The position numbers were made by a program, and so were the translations under genes. The notes under the pieces are model-generated. The model was not told where the DNA came from and did no database searches. It saw only the letters and a program-made list of their open reading frames with translations. A stretch of DNA of 32,000 nucleotides from Alkanindiges illinoisensis DSM 15370 (GTDB taxonomy: Bacteria > Pseudomonadota > Gammaproteobacteria > Pseudomonadales > Moraxellaceae), in contig NZ_JHUX01000003.1 of the NCBI RefSeq assembly GCF_000619845.1, positions 880,064-912,063 of the forward strand, written 5' to 3'. Positions 17,822-27,045 of this stretch are shown in pieces (position 1 is the stretch's first letter; each line of letters starts with the position of its first letter).

Positions 17822-18859
17822 TCAAGCTTTGTCCAGATTAGGAATGCCAATATTAAGGTCTTTAAGCTGCTGTAATAACAGCTCATAACAGGCCTTTGAA
17901 AGCTGCGCCTGTACAGGCAATATCCAGATGTCTTTTTCAGGCAGTAAATGGGCAAATCGCTGGATTTTTACTGCATCCTTACTGGTGGTAATAATGGGTA
18001 AATGTTCATCAAAATCCAGATCGGATGGCTGATAGTCATGATGATCAGGAAAAGCATGTTCTATCAGCTCAAAGCCCAGCTCTTTTAAACTATTAAAAAA
18101 ACGCTGCGGTACACCAATCCCGGCAACCGCATGCACCCTGGCCCCGGCTTGCGGTCTAGGGTTTAAGCCAGTTTTTGCTGTGCCTGCCTTGGTGGTAGCT
18201 ATTAATGGCAGTAAAGCACAGGATTCAAGCTGCATTGTTAAATCCGTTTGTGCCGCTTTGCCGTGTTCAATCACTGTGGCGGTTTGCAAGCGACTGGCTG
18301 GTTCACGTAAAAAACCGGCTGGCAGCAATTGCTGATTGCCCAGGCCACGGTCTACATCCAGCACGATCCACTCCAGATCACGTTGCAAGGCCAGATGCTG
18401 CAAACCATCATCACTTAAAATCAGGTCTGGTATCGTGTGTTGTAGTATCAATTCAATGGCTTGCTGCCGATTAGGGCCGACTGCCATCATCACATCGGTT
18501 TGCTGCACAATCAGTACAGGTTCATCACCTACAATGTCGGGTGTGTCATCATCTTCCACAATGCGGGGAAACGGTCCTTGTCCGCCATAACCCCGGCTAA
18601 TCACCGCAACATTCAGGCCAAAATAGTGTAAAAAATTAACCAGCTCAATAATCAGCGGCGTTTTACCACTACCTCCCACCGTAATATTGCCAATAACCAT
18701 TACGGGTACAGGCGCGCGGTAGGACTTTAAGATTTTCTGTTCATATAAATAGCGACGACAGGAGATTGCCAACCCATACAGGCTAGATAGGGGCCGAAGA
18801 AAATTCAGCCATGCGGACTGCGTGGCCCAGGCCTGAGTAAAACGCTGATCAAGCTGCAT
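17822..18859 (-). CDS. lpxK: Tetraacyldisaccharide 4'-kinase
   Basis: 345 aa with the P-loop 'GNITVGGSGKTP' and 'SRGYGG'. It sits between msbA and kdsB. Confidence 0.9.
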   Translation of the reverse strand: MQLDQRFTQAWATQSAWLNFLRPLSSLYGLAISCRRYLYEQKILKSYRAPVPVMVIGNITVGGSGKTPLIIELVNFLHYFGLNVAVISRGYGGQGPFPRIVEDDDTPDIVGDEPVLIVQQTDVMMAVGPNRQQAIELILQHTIPDLILSDDGLQHLALQRDLEWIVLDVDRGLGNQQLLPAGFLREPASRLQTATVIEHGKAAQTDLTMQLESCALLPLIATTKAGTAKTGLNPRPQAGARVHAVAGIGVPQRFFNSLKELGFELIEHAFPDHHDYQPSDLDFDEHLPIITTSKDAVKIQRFAHLLPEKDIWILPVQAQLSKACYELLLQQLKDLNIGIPNLDKA

Positions 18860-18883
18860 GACAAAAAATACTGTTCAAATGAA

Positions 18884-20713
18884 TCATGGGGCTGGCTTAG
18901 CACTTGGAATAATTGCATCAGAATCAGTCTGATCATCTGTGGCAGAACAGATATCAAAATCATGATCAAAATCACGCTGGTACATCTGGGAATACAACCC
19001 ATTTTTGGCTAGCAGTTCTTCATGCTTGCCCACTTCCATAATTCTTCCTTTATCCATTACTACAATCCGGTCAGCCTGCTCAATGGTCGACAAACGATGC
19101 GCAATCACAATAGTGGTGCGGCATTTCATGGCATTCTGTAAGGCGGCCTGAATATAATGCTCGGATTCATTATCCAGCGCACTGGTGGCTTCATCCAGAA
19201 TCAGGATTGGAGCATCCTTAAGCAAGGCCCGGGCAATTGACAAACGCTGACGTTGTCCGCCTGATAAGCTATTGCCTTGCGAGCCCAGGATCGTGTCATA
19301 ACCCTGTGGCAGTGCCATAATAAAATCATGGGCATAGGCTGCTTTGGCCGCTGCAATGATTTCCTCATCCGTTTTGCTGGCCAGTTGTCCATACGCAATG
19401 TTTTCGCGAACACTGCGGTCAAACAGAATCACCTGCTGGCTCACAGTTGACACCTGACTCCGCAAGGCAGACAGCCTGATGTCTTCAAGGGCAATATCAT
19501 CCAGAGTGATTTTTCCGGTCGTCACGGGCTGGAAGCGCTGTAACAGATTCACCAGTGACGTTTTACCTGCACCAGAACGCCCTACCAGTGCAACAGTTTC
19601 ACCTGCCTTAATCTGCAAATTAAAATCCTGGATAGCCATTTTACAGTCAGCATCCTGACTATAGCGCAAGCCCACATGCTCAAAACCAATTTTGCCGGTT
19701 AATACCGGGGATTGCGTGCCACTATCCTGCTCTGAAGGCATGTCAATAATATCGAAAATCGAATGGGCAGCAGCCAGACCACGCTGGATTTTTTCATTCA
19801 CATCAGTGAGCGAACGGATGGGTTTACTGAGCAATCCCGCCGCCGTCAGATAAGCCACAAACTCACCTGCCGTGGTATCACCCAGAATTTCCGGGCGCAG
19901 TGCAATCCAGATCACAATAGCCAGTGCAATGGCCATGAACACCTGAATAATGGGCGTGCTGATACTGGCAGTAATCACCAGTTTTAGGCCACGCTTTAAG
20001 TTCAGCAGTGAAAAGCGCTCAAAACGCTGGCTTTCAAACGTTTGCCCACCATAGCTTTTGACTACGCTATAGCCATTTATGGCTTCCTGCACCACATGAT
20101 TGACATCGCCCATGGTGGCCTGCATTTCACTGGACAGTTTGCGCATGCGTTTACTGGCACGCCGCACCAGAAAACCAATGACTGGGGCAACAATCAGCAG
20201 GGATAACGACAGTCGCCAGTTGGTATAAAACAGATAGCCCAATAGGCCTATCACCACCAGACCATCACGCAAAATGGTCTGGGTGGCTTCAGTCGACGCT
20301 GCAGTAACCTGTTCCACGTTATAGAGAATTTTTGAAGTGATATGCCCGGTTGAATTTTCAATATAATAGCTGGGAGGCAGTTGCAGGAACTTGTTAAAGA
20401 CTTCCTTGCGCAGGTTAAACACCAAGCCCCGCGAAATATAGGCCAGAAAATAGCTGCCCATCACTGAGCCGATCCCACGAATAAAAATCAGCAAAACCAC
20501 CAGAAATGGAAACAGGTTGCGGGCCGAATGGTCATTATTATTGATGGCATCAATAATAAACTTGATCAGCTTGGCAACAGAAACTTCAGTACCGGCATTG
20601 ATGGCAAAACCAATCACAACCAGCACGCCTGCCCACCAGTAGCCTTTTAAATACGACAGTAAGCGTAAGTAAACCTTGAAGTCCTTTGATTTGTTCGCTT
20701 CTGCCTGATTCAC
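18884..20713 (-). CDS. msbA: Lipid A/LPS flippase ABC transporter (permease plus ATPase)
   Basis: 609 aa with six N-terminal TM helices, Walker A 'GRSGAGKTS', signature 'LSGGQRQR' and Walker B 'ILILDEATSALD'. The GTG start at 20713 overlaps the exbD TAG by 1 nt. Confidence 0.9.
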   Translation of the reverse strand: MNQAEANKSKDFKVYLRLLSYLKGYWWAGVLVVIGFAINAGTEVSVAKLIKFIIDAINNNDHSARNLFPFLVVLLIFIRGIGSVMGSYFLAYISRGLVFNLRKEVFNKFLQLPPSYYIENSTGHITSKILYNVEQVTAASTEATQTILRDGLVVIGLLGYLFYTNWRLSLSLLIVAPVIGFLVRRASKRMRKLSSEMQATMGDVNHVVQEAINGYSVVKSYGGQTFESQRFERFSLLNLKRGLKLVITASISTPIIQVFMAIALAIVIWIALRPEILGDTTAGEFVAYLTAAGLLSKPIRSLTDVNEKIQRGLAAAHSIFDIIDMPSEQDSGTQSPVLTGKIGFEHVGLRYSQDADCKMAIQDFNLQIKAGETVALVGRSGAGKTSLVNLLQRFQPVTTGKITLDDIALEDIRLSALRSQVSTVSQQVILFDRSVRENIAYGQLASKTDEEIIAAAKAAYAHDFIMALPQGYDTILGSQGNSLSGGQRQRLSIARALLKDAPILILDEATSALDNESEHYIQAALQNAMKCRTTIVIAHRLSTIEQADRIVVMDKGRIMEVGKHEELLAKNGLYSQMYQRDFDHDFDICSATDDQTDSDAIIPSAKPAP

Positions 20714-21138
20714 TAGGACTGACCTCGATGTGGCACACGTGTGCTGATATTCAAATTAACAAAACCCAGCTTGCCGGCAACATCCATCACCTGTACCACG
20801 GATTGATGGCTAGCCTTGCCATCCGCAGCAATGGTAAACGGCAAATTGCGTGCATTGCCTGCCGCCTGCCGGATTGCTGCCATTAGCTCGGCTTCGTTGT
20901 TACTGCTTAAGCTCAAGCCATTCACCAGATATTCACCATTGGGCTTGACTACCACCTCAATCTTTTGCTGACGGGTATCGGGCGGCACTCCAGAGGCTTC
21001 CGGCAATACCAGATTAAGGCGGCTATACTGGTTAAAGGTGGTTGAAACCAGCAGAAATACCAGTAAAAACAGCAGGCAGTCAATCATGGGTGTTAAATTA
21101 AGCTCAATAGGCTCAATTCTGGGTTTACGAAGCCTCAT
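20713..21138 (-). CDS. exbD: ExbD/TolR-family biopolymer transport protein
   Basis: 'LNLTPMIDCLLFLLVFLLV' is a single TM helix, followed by a periplasmic domain. The ATG at 21138 is preceded by AAGGG with a 7-nt spacing and overlaps the exbB 3' end by 14 nt. The track start at 21180 is probably too long. Confidence 0.85.
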   Translation of the reverse strand: MRLRKPRIEPIELNLTPMIDCLLFLLVFLLVSTTFNQYSRLNLVLPEASGVPPDTRQQKIEVVVKPNGEYLVNGLSLSSNNEAELMAAIRQAAGNARNLPFTIAADGKASHQSVVQVMDVAGKLGFVNLNISTRVPHRGQS

Positions 21139-21802
21139 AATGAAGCCCTTGATCCGGATGCTGCAAGTGATCATCCACACTCAGGTGCGACGGCTTGACG
21201 TCACTATAAAACAAGATATTGATAAGCTGGTTGCCTTGGGTTTCAAGCTGCATGGAAATATCAACAATTTTGCGCTGAAAATAACGATAGGCGATCAAGG
21301 CCGGAATCGCAACCACCATGCCGGCTGCCGTGGTAATTAATGCCTGTGAAATCCCTGCTGCCAGCATTGCTGGATCAGTCACACCGCCTGCATTAACTGC
21401 CATAAAGGATTCAATAATACCAATCACCGTACCCAGCAAGCCTAACAAGGGCGCTATGGCACCGATGGTTCCCAGAAAATTCAGGTTTTTTTCTAGCAAA
21501 TGCACCAGTTCATTGGCACGGGTTTGCATCTGGTTTTCAGTAAAATTAAACCCATGCGGCTGGCTTTCAATGCCAGTGGCCAGGATATCGCCAAGCACAC
21601 TCTGCTGTCTTAATTGCCGTAACGCCTGAGCGTTGATTGAACCCGCTCGTAACTGCTTGCTGATCTGACTGGTTAATCCGGCTGGCGCAATCGTTTGTAT
21701 ACGCAGGCGAATTGCACGCTCAATAATAATGGCACACATGGCAATTGAACAAATTACCAGCGGTAGCATTAACCATCCACCCGCCTTTACCATTTCCCAC
21801 AT
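21125..21802 (-). CDS. exbB: MotA/TolQ/ExbB-family proton channel protein
   Basis: 225 aa. The N-terminus 'GGWLMLPLVICSIAMCAIIIER' and the C-terminal 'GTIGAIAPLLGLLGTVIGII...ALITTAAGMVVAIPA' are typical of ExbB/TolQ. Confidence 0.85.
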   Translation of the reverse strand: MWEMVKAGGWLMLPLVICSIAMCAIIIERAIRLRIQTIAPAGLTSQISKQLRAGSINAQALRQLRQQSVLGDILATGIESQPHGFNFTENQMQTRANELVHLLEKNLNFLGTIGAIAPLLGLLGTVIGIIESFMAVNAGGVTDPAMLAAGISQALITTAAGMVVAIPALIAYRYFQRKIVDISMQLETQGNQLINILFYSDVKPSHLSVDDHLQHPDQGLHYEAS

Positions 21803-21871
21803 GACAATACCGCTCCTGAAAAATCCCTTTAAGACTTAAATCCAAACTCTTACCAGCAATGAATGTGCAAA

Positions 21872-22774
21872 CTATTGCAGGTCAATAACCGCTAAAATGC
21901 CTTCAAGTTCATCCAGCGTATGATAACGGATGACCATTTTGCCTTTGCCCTTGTTGTTGTGATCAATCTCAACTTGCGCACCAAATCGCTCGGATAAACG
22001 ACGGGTGAGCTGTTCAATATCTGCTGATGCCTGGACTTTTGGCTTGGTTGCTGGCGGATTGAGCAAATCACGAATTAATTGTTCAGTCTGGCGTACTGAC
22101 AACACTTTTTCGACAATGGTTCTGGCCACCACAATCTGGTCTTTGCTTTTTAAGGAAAGCAAAGCACGGGCGTGCCCCATGTCAATGTCACCGTGATCCA
22201 GCATGGTTTTTACATCATCATGCAGGCTGATCAGGCGCAATAGATTGCTGACAGTGGTACGGGCCTTACCAACAGTATCTGCAATTTCCTGATGGCTCAT
22301 GCCAAACTCATCATGAAAGCGTTGTAGTGCTACAGCCTGCTCCATTGGGTTCAGGTCTTCGCGCTGGATATTTTCAATCAGTGCCAGTGCAATAGCCAGC
22401 TCATCGGGAATATCACGCACCAATGCAGGAATATGCGTCAAACCAGCCAGTTTTGCAGCACGCCAGCGTCGTTCCCCGGCAATAATTTCAAATGGAACCT
22501 TGGCCTGTTCACCCAGACGACGCACCACAATTGGCTGCATGATGCCATGTTTTTTGATGGAATCGCTCAGTTCGGTGAGTTGCTCATTGGCAATTTCACG
22601 TCGGGGCTGATAGATGCCGCGCTGCAACTGGTTAACGTCAATATGCTGTAATTGTCCCTGCTCGGCACTATTACTGCTGATAGTGCTGTTTTCCACTTCT
22701 TGCGTTACCTGGCGAATGGAACCCAACAAGGCATCCAGACCACGTCCCTGAGCCAATCCCCGCTTCTTGGTCAT
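21872..22774 (-). CDS. parB: Chromosome partitioning protein ParB (Spo0J)
   Basis: 300 aa with 'QPRREI', 'GERRWRAAKLAG' and the HTH 'SHQEIADTVGKARTTVSNLLRL'. ATGA overlap with parA. Confidence 0.93.
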   Translation of the reverse strand: MTKKRGLAQGRGLDALLGSIRQVTQEVENSTISSNSAEQGQLQHIDVNQLQRGIYQPRREIANEQLTELSDSIKKHGIMQPIVVRRLGEQAKVPFEIIAGERRWRAAKLAGLTHIPALVRDIPDELAIALALIENIQREDLNPMEQAVALQRFHDEFGMSHQEIADTVGKARTTVSNLLRLISLHDDVKTMLDHGDIDMGHARALLSLKSKDQIVVARTIVEKVLSVRQTEQLIRDLLNPPATKPKVQASADIEQLTRRLSERFGAQVEIDHNNKGKGKMVIRYHTLDELEGILAVIDLQ

Positions 22775-23562
22775 GCCGGTTTTCCTTGTGCTTTTTTCTG
22801 TTTTTTGCCCTGCTTCACCAGTTCAGCCGCAAGGTTCAAATAAGCAATTGCACCCTTGGAGCTTTTTTCATAAAACAAAATCGGCAAGCCATGAGCCGGC
22901 GCTTCAGCCAGACGTACGTTACGGGGAATCACCGTTTCAAATACCCGGTCACCAAAATGCGCAATCAGTTCGTTGGACACATCATTGGTTAAAGTATTGC
23001 GCGGATCATAAATGGTACGCAGCACGCCACGAATCTGAAGTTCCGGGTTTAAACTATGATTAATGCGATCAATGGTGTTGGATAAATCAGCCAGACCTTC
23101 CAGCGCATAGTACTCACATTGCATGGGAATAATCACACCACCAGCAGCACACAAGGCATTCACGGTAATCAGGTTAAGACTGGGCGCGCAATCAATCAGA
23201 ATATAATCATAAGCATCGGCAATACGATTAATGGCATCTTTGAGTACATATTCGCGACGGTTTTTTTCAGCCAGATTTAGTTCAACACCAGCCAGTTCCC
23301 GATTGGCGCCAATTAGTTTATAGCCGGTTTTGGTGGTTAAAATGGCCGCTTCAATCGGTGCATCTTCCAGCATCACATCAGTGGCACTAAAATTCAGCTC
23401 GTTTTTTTGTACACCAGAACCCATAGTGGCATTGCCTTGCGGGTCAAGGTCAATCAGTAATACCCGTTTTTTCAATACAGCCAGTGAGGCTGCCAGATTC
23501 ACAGCGGTCGTGGTTTTTCCTACGCCGCCTTTTTGATTGGCTATGGCTAGAATGTCGGTCAT
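22771..23562 (-). CDS. parA: Chromosome partitioning ATPase ParA (Soj)
   Basis: 263 aa with the deviant Walker A 'NQKGGVGKTTT' and 'IDLDPQGN'. Confidence 0.93.
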   Translation of the reverse strand: MTDILAIANQKGGVGKTTTAVNLAASLAVLKKRVLLIDLDPQGNATMGSGVQKNELNFSATDVMLEDAPIEAAILTTKTGYKLIGANRELAGVELNLAEKNRREYVLKDAINRIADAYDYILIDCAPSLNLITVNALCAAGGVIIPMQCEYYALEGLADLSNTIDRINHSLNPELQIRGVLRTIYDPRNTLTNDVSNELIAHFGDRVFETVIPRNVRLAEAPAHGLPILFYEKSSKGAIAYLNLAAELVKQGKKQKKAQGKPA

Positions 23563-23792
23563 AAGTGCTCTATGTTATTGCGCAAATCATGTCAATGCAG
23601 GCAGTGTGTTTCATTAATAGTGAACAATGCCACCTGCAAATTGTCAGGCATTTAAACTGCCTATTAAAGCATTTTTAGCCCTGTTTTTATATGCCTGAAT
23701 GCATCTTGTGAAAATCACAGTGATGTTAATCGTATGAACGCAGTTAAATTAAGTCCTTAAGTTCAGACAAGACCAGTTTCAGAGCAGTATCT

Positions 23793-24416
23793 TTAGGACA
23801 ACAGGATCAAATGCCGCTGTTCGTTCAGGTTAGGCACCTGCAAGGCAATAATCTCTTGTTTATACTGTTGCAATGTTTCAAGTTCCTGCTCGGGAACAAC
23901 ACCTTTCATCGCAGCAAAGTAGCCATTCTTAGCCAGAAACGGCTGCCCTAGAGTGACAAAATCATTGAGTGCAGCAAATGCGCGGCTGGTCACCACGTCA
24001 AACTGGCCCAGCTGCTCAAAAATGGCAGTATCTTCAACCCGGGTTTGTACTGGTTTGGCATTGGCCACTTTCATGTCCGCACTAATCTGTCTTAAAAACC
24101 TGATTTTCTTACCATTACTGTCCAGCAGTATACATTCACGTTCAGGTTCTACCAGTGCAATAATAAAACCGGGCATGCCGCCGCCTGTACCAATATCCAG
24201 CAAGCGGCCTTTGGGCAGGTGTGGAATAATACTCAGGCTGTCCAGCAAATGCTTGACCAGCATTTCCTTGGGATCACGGATTGCAGTCAGGTTAAAGGCT
24301 TTGTTCCATAGCACTAGCTGGTCCTGATACTGCAACAGACGGTTTAAGGTAGCCTCTGGCAAATCCAGTTTTAATGCCTGAACACCAGCTTGCAAATCAC
24401 GAAATAGGGAATGCAT
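23793..24416 (-). CDS. rsmG: 16S rRNA (guanine527-N7)-methyltransferase
   Basis: Contains 'WNKAFNLTAIRDP' and the SAM motif 'LDIGTGGGMPG'. ATG at 24416 is preferred. The track start at 24428 is a GTG with no usable Shine-Dalgarno spacing. Confidence 0.9.
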   Translation of the reverse strand: MHSLFRDLQAGVQALKLDLPEATLNRLLQYQDQLVLWNKAFNLTAIRDPKEMLVKHLLDSLSIIPHLPKGRLLDIGTGGGMPGFIIALVEPERECILLDSNGKKIRFLRQISADMKVANAKPVQTRVEDTAIFEQLGQFDVVTSRAFAALNDFVTLGQPFLAKNGYFAAMKGVVPEQELETLQQYKQEIIALQVPNLNEQRHLILLS

Positions 24417-24593
24417 GACAAGGCTCACTTCCAGTTATTAATACATAATTGATAAACAGGCGCATCATATCAATTTATTGCTTCATCAGTAGGCTTACAG
24501 CACACAAACCCTCACCAATCCTGTATTTTTCAGACAGTTTTTAAGCAACCAGTTAAATTTACTGCTGCCCTGAAACGTGTAAAATTGAAACGT

Positions 24594-25298
24594 TTAAATT
24601 TTCTGTTGCCGGATTTGCTGATCCAGTAGGTTCAAGCGTTCAGGTGTACCCACATCTACCCATGCACTGTTCATCTTGGTGCCGCTCACCAGCCCCTGCT
24701 GCATGGTCTGCCGTAGTAATGGCGCAAGTGGACGTTTACCGCCCGGCAAATTATCAAACAACTTGGGCGACAATACACTTAAGCCAGAAAAAGTCAGCTT
24801 TTGTGCGTTTGTTTGAACTGCGTCTGGTACTTCCGGCTGATCGACATACACACGTCTATTGGCCAGTACAAAATCACCATTAGGATGTTGCGGCGGATTA
24901 TTCACCAATACCAGATGAGCAAGATCATCAGTTAACGAATGCATGGTGAACTGGCTGTAATCAAACCGCGTCCATACATCGCCATTGACCAGTACAAACG
25001 GCTCAGCACCTAAAACCGGCAGTGCCTGAATAATGCCCCCTGCGGTTTCCAGCGCCTCGGCTTCCACCGACCAGTGAATATTAACTCCGAACTGACTGCC
25101 ATTACCTAATGCACCCATCAGCTTGTCGGCAAGCCATGCACAATTAATGACAATGTCTGTAATTCCGGCCTGTTTAAGCGCTTCAATATGCCAGACAATC
25201 AGGGGCTTATCACCTACGCTCAACAGCGGTTTTGGCGTTTCAAGGGTTAAAGGCCGCATACGGGTGCCCAAACCAGCAGCCAGAATCATGGCTTTCAT
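24594..25298 (-). CDS. murU: Sugar-1-phosphate nucleotidyltransferase, MurU-like (MurNAc-alpha-1-P uridylyltransferase)
   Basis: 234 aa with 'MILAAGLGTRMRPLTLETPKPLL'. It is ATGA-coupled to the upstream kinase gene and adjacent to lptD-surA, as for Pseudomonas AmgK/MurU. Confidence 0.72.
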   Translation of the reverse strand: MKAMILAAGLGTRMRPLTLETPKPLLSVGDKPLIVWHIEALKQAGITDIVINCAWLADKLMGALGNGSQFGVNIHWSVEAEALETAGGIIQALPVLGAEPFVLVNGDVWTRFDYSQFTMHSLTDDLAHLVLVNNPPQHPNGDFVLANRRVYVDQPEVPDAVQTNAQKLTFSGLSVLSPKLFDNLPGGKRPLAPLLRQTMQQGLVSGTKMNSAWVDVGTPERLNLLDQQIRQQKI

Positions 25299-26359
25299 AC
25301 AGGTTGTCCTACGCCAGCACCTTCAATAATGGCGCAGCTTTCCGGTTGTTTTTGCAAGAAAGCCGGTAAAATACGCTGCTGCACAAAGGCATCAAAAGCC
25401 TGTAACTCTGGATAAGGCTTAATTTCCTGCAATAGATAATGAAACACCAGCGGCAAGTCTTTCATATAACCAGTTTTGCCATCACGCAGATTGAGGCGAA
25501 TAAAAATACCCAGCACTTTTAAATGACGCTGCGCCGCCATGAAGTCAAATTCACGGGCAAAATCATTCAAGGTTTTAGAAGTAGTCTGAGAAGCGGGCAA
25601 ATGCTGCCAGAAATACTGCATCCACTCGTTTACCCGGCTCGCTGGCCATTGCACATAAGCATCACGCAAAATGGAAATCAAATCATAGGTATAAGCACCA
25701 ACCACAGCATCCTGAAAATCAATCACGCCCAGTTCCTGCTTAGCGCCCTGCTCCTGTTGCAGCACCATCAAATTGCGGCTGTGATAATCACGATGCACCA
25801 CTACCTGTGGCTGAGCCAGCGCTGTATTGGCCAACAAGCGATAGGTTTCTTGCAGCAGTTGCTGCTCGTCTGGCGTCAGTTGAATATTCAGGTATTGCTC
25901 AACAAACCAGTGATCAAACAGGGACATTTCCTGCATCAGTTTGTCTAAATCATAAGCAGGCAATTGCTGCGCTGGATCGTTGATAGGCAATTGCTGCAAC
26001 TGCAATAACTGATTCATGGCCTGACGATAATACTGATCTACCGTGTCGTCATTCAGCACTTGTGATAGCAATGTGTCCCCAAAATCTTCAAGCAGGATAA
26101 AACCCTGATTTAAATCCTTTGCAATAATATGCGGCACCCGCACGCCATGCGTATCCAGCCACTGATCAATGGCAACAAAGGGCTGGCTATCTTCCTTCTC
26201 TGGTGGTGCATCCATCAGCATGTAGGTGTTTGCTTTGCTGTGAATCCGTGCATAGCGACGGAAGCTGGCATCACCTGCCAGCGGATGAATCGTCAGTTCC
26301 GTGTCATTTAATTGTTGTTGTACCCAGGTAGTCAGTGCTTGTTCACGCGGCAGGCCCAT
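25295..26359 (-). CDS. amgK: Aminoglycoside-phosphotransferase-fold sugar kinase, AmgK-like (anomeric MurNAc/GlcNAc kinase)
   Basis: Contains 'HRDYHSRNLMV' (an HxDxxxxN catalytic loop) and 'GVIDFQDAV'. ATG at 26359 is preferred over the track's TTG at 26386. Confidence 0.7.
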   Translation of the reverse strand: MGLPREQALTTWVQQQLNDTELTIHPLAGDASFRRYARIHSKANTYMLMDAPPEKEDSQPFVAIDQWLDTHGVRVPHIIAKDLNQGFILLEDFGDTLLSQVLNDDTVDQYYRQAMNQLLQLQQLPINDPAQQLPAYDLDKLMQEMSLFDHWFVEQYLNIQLTPDEQQLLQETYRLLANTALAQPQVVVHRDYHSRNLMVLQQEQGAKQELGVIDFQDAVVGAYTYDLISILRDAYVQWPASRVNEWMQYFWQHLPASQTTSKTLNDFAREFDFMAAQRHLKVLGIFIRLNLRDGKTGYMKDLPLVFHYLLQEIKPYPELQAFDAFVQQRILPAFLQKQPESCAIIEGAGVGQPV

Positions 26360-26510
26360 AGAAACAATCCAGTAAAAGCAGGTCAATAAAATAGTCCCGT
26401 GAGTTTAGCGAGTTGCATTATTTTTCTCTAGTGCTGCAATACCCAGATAGAGTTAGACTACCAGAACTTATCTTATTTTTTAGGTGGCTTGCTTTTAAAC
26501 CCTTTTGCCT

Positions 26511-26879
26511 TCAAGCCCTTTTTTCCTCAAACCATTGCTGGGCAGGTTGATTAAAAAACAGTAAATAAATGGAATAAATATTTAAAGGAATATTAACCAG
26601 CAGGTCGACCTTGTCCAGCAACGTCACCTGAATTTCACTGCCAGCTGCCAGTATAAACAGGATCGATAACACAAATAATGCTGTAAATACAAAGCGGCTT
26701 ATATTACTTTGCCGTGCCAGCTTATAGGGGATCAGGCACATCAATAGATTAATTACCAAAGCAGTAATCAAATCATTAAGGCTAATATCACCAAGAAACC
26801 GTTGAGCAATACTCAGCAGCATACTGATGATTAAAGAAATCCAAATCAACTTAATGGCAATATTTACGGTTTTTGGCAT
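26511..26879 (-). CDS. Small hypothetical membrane protein (about 4 TM helices)
   Basis: 122-aa ORF in low-GC DNA with four hydrophobic stretches (for example 'IAIKLIWISLIISMLLSIAQ' and 'FVFTALFVLSILFILAAG'). I recognised no family. Confidence 0.5.
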   Translation of the reverse strand: MPKTVNIAIKLIWISLIISMLLSIAQRFLGDISLNDLITALVINLLMCLIPYKLARQSNISRFVFTALFVLSILFILAAGSEIQVTLLDKVDLLVNIPLNIYSIYLLFFNQPAQQWFEEKRA

Positions 26880-27013
26880 TTATATACTCAGGTCAAAAAG
26901 CACTGCTGCTCAGAAAATTTAAATATAACGCGATATAATACGATGCATAGCAGGCAAAAAAACCAGTTAGAATAATTATATCTTTTTCAAAAGTCTGGTT
27001 TCGACATGGTTCC

Positions 27014-27045
27014 TGAGCTTGCCGAAGGATGATTCGACAAACTCA
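27014..27045 (-). repeat. 13-bp-stem hairpin (palindromic-element-like) in an ORF-free tract
   Basis: TGAGCTTGCCGAA-GGATGA-TTCGACAAACTCA. On the plus strand 11 of 13 positions pair. On the minus strand the two mismatches become G-U, giving 13 of 13. Confidence 0.5.

Noticed and set aside
20733-20744. Perfect 12-bp palindrome GCACACGTGTGC near the 3' end of exbD.
   Set aside because: It is a single short palindrome within coding sequence, with no partner sites and no obvious regulatory position.
24571-24593. Direct repeat TGAAACGT x2 (24571-24578 and 24586-24593), abutting the murU stop codon on its downstream side.
   Set aside because: It is only 8 bp x 2 in AT-rich DNA at a gene end. It matches no binding-site consensus I recognise and is likely chance.
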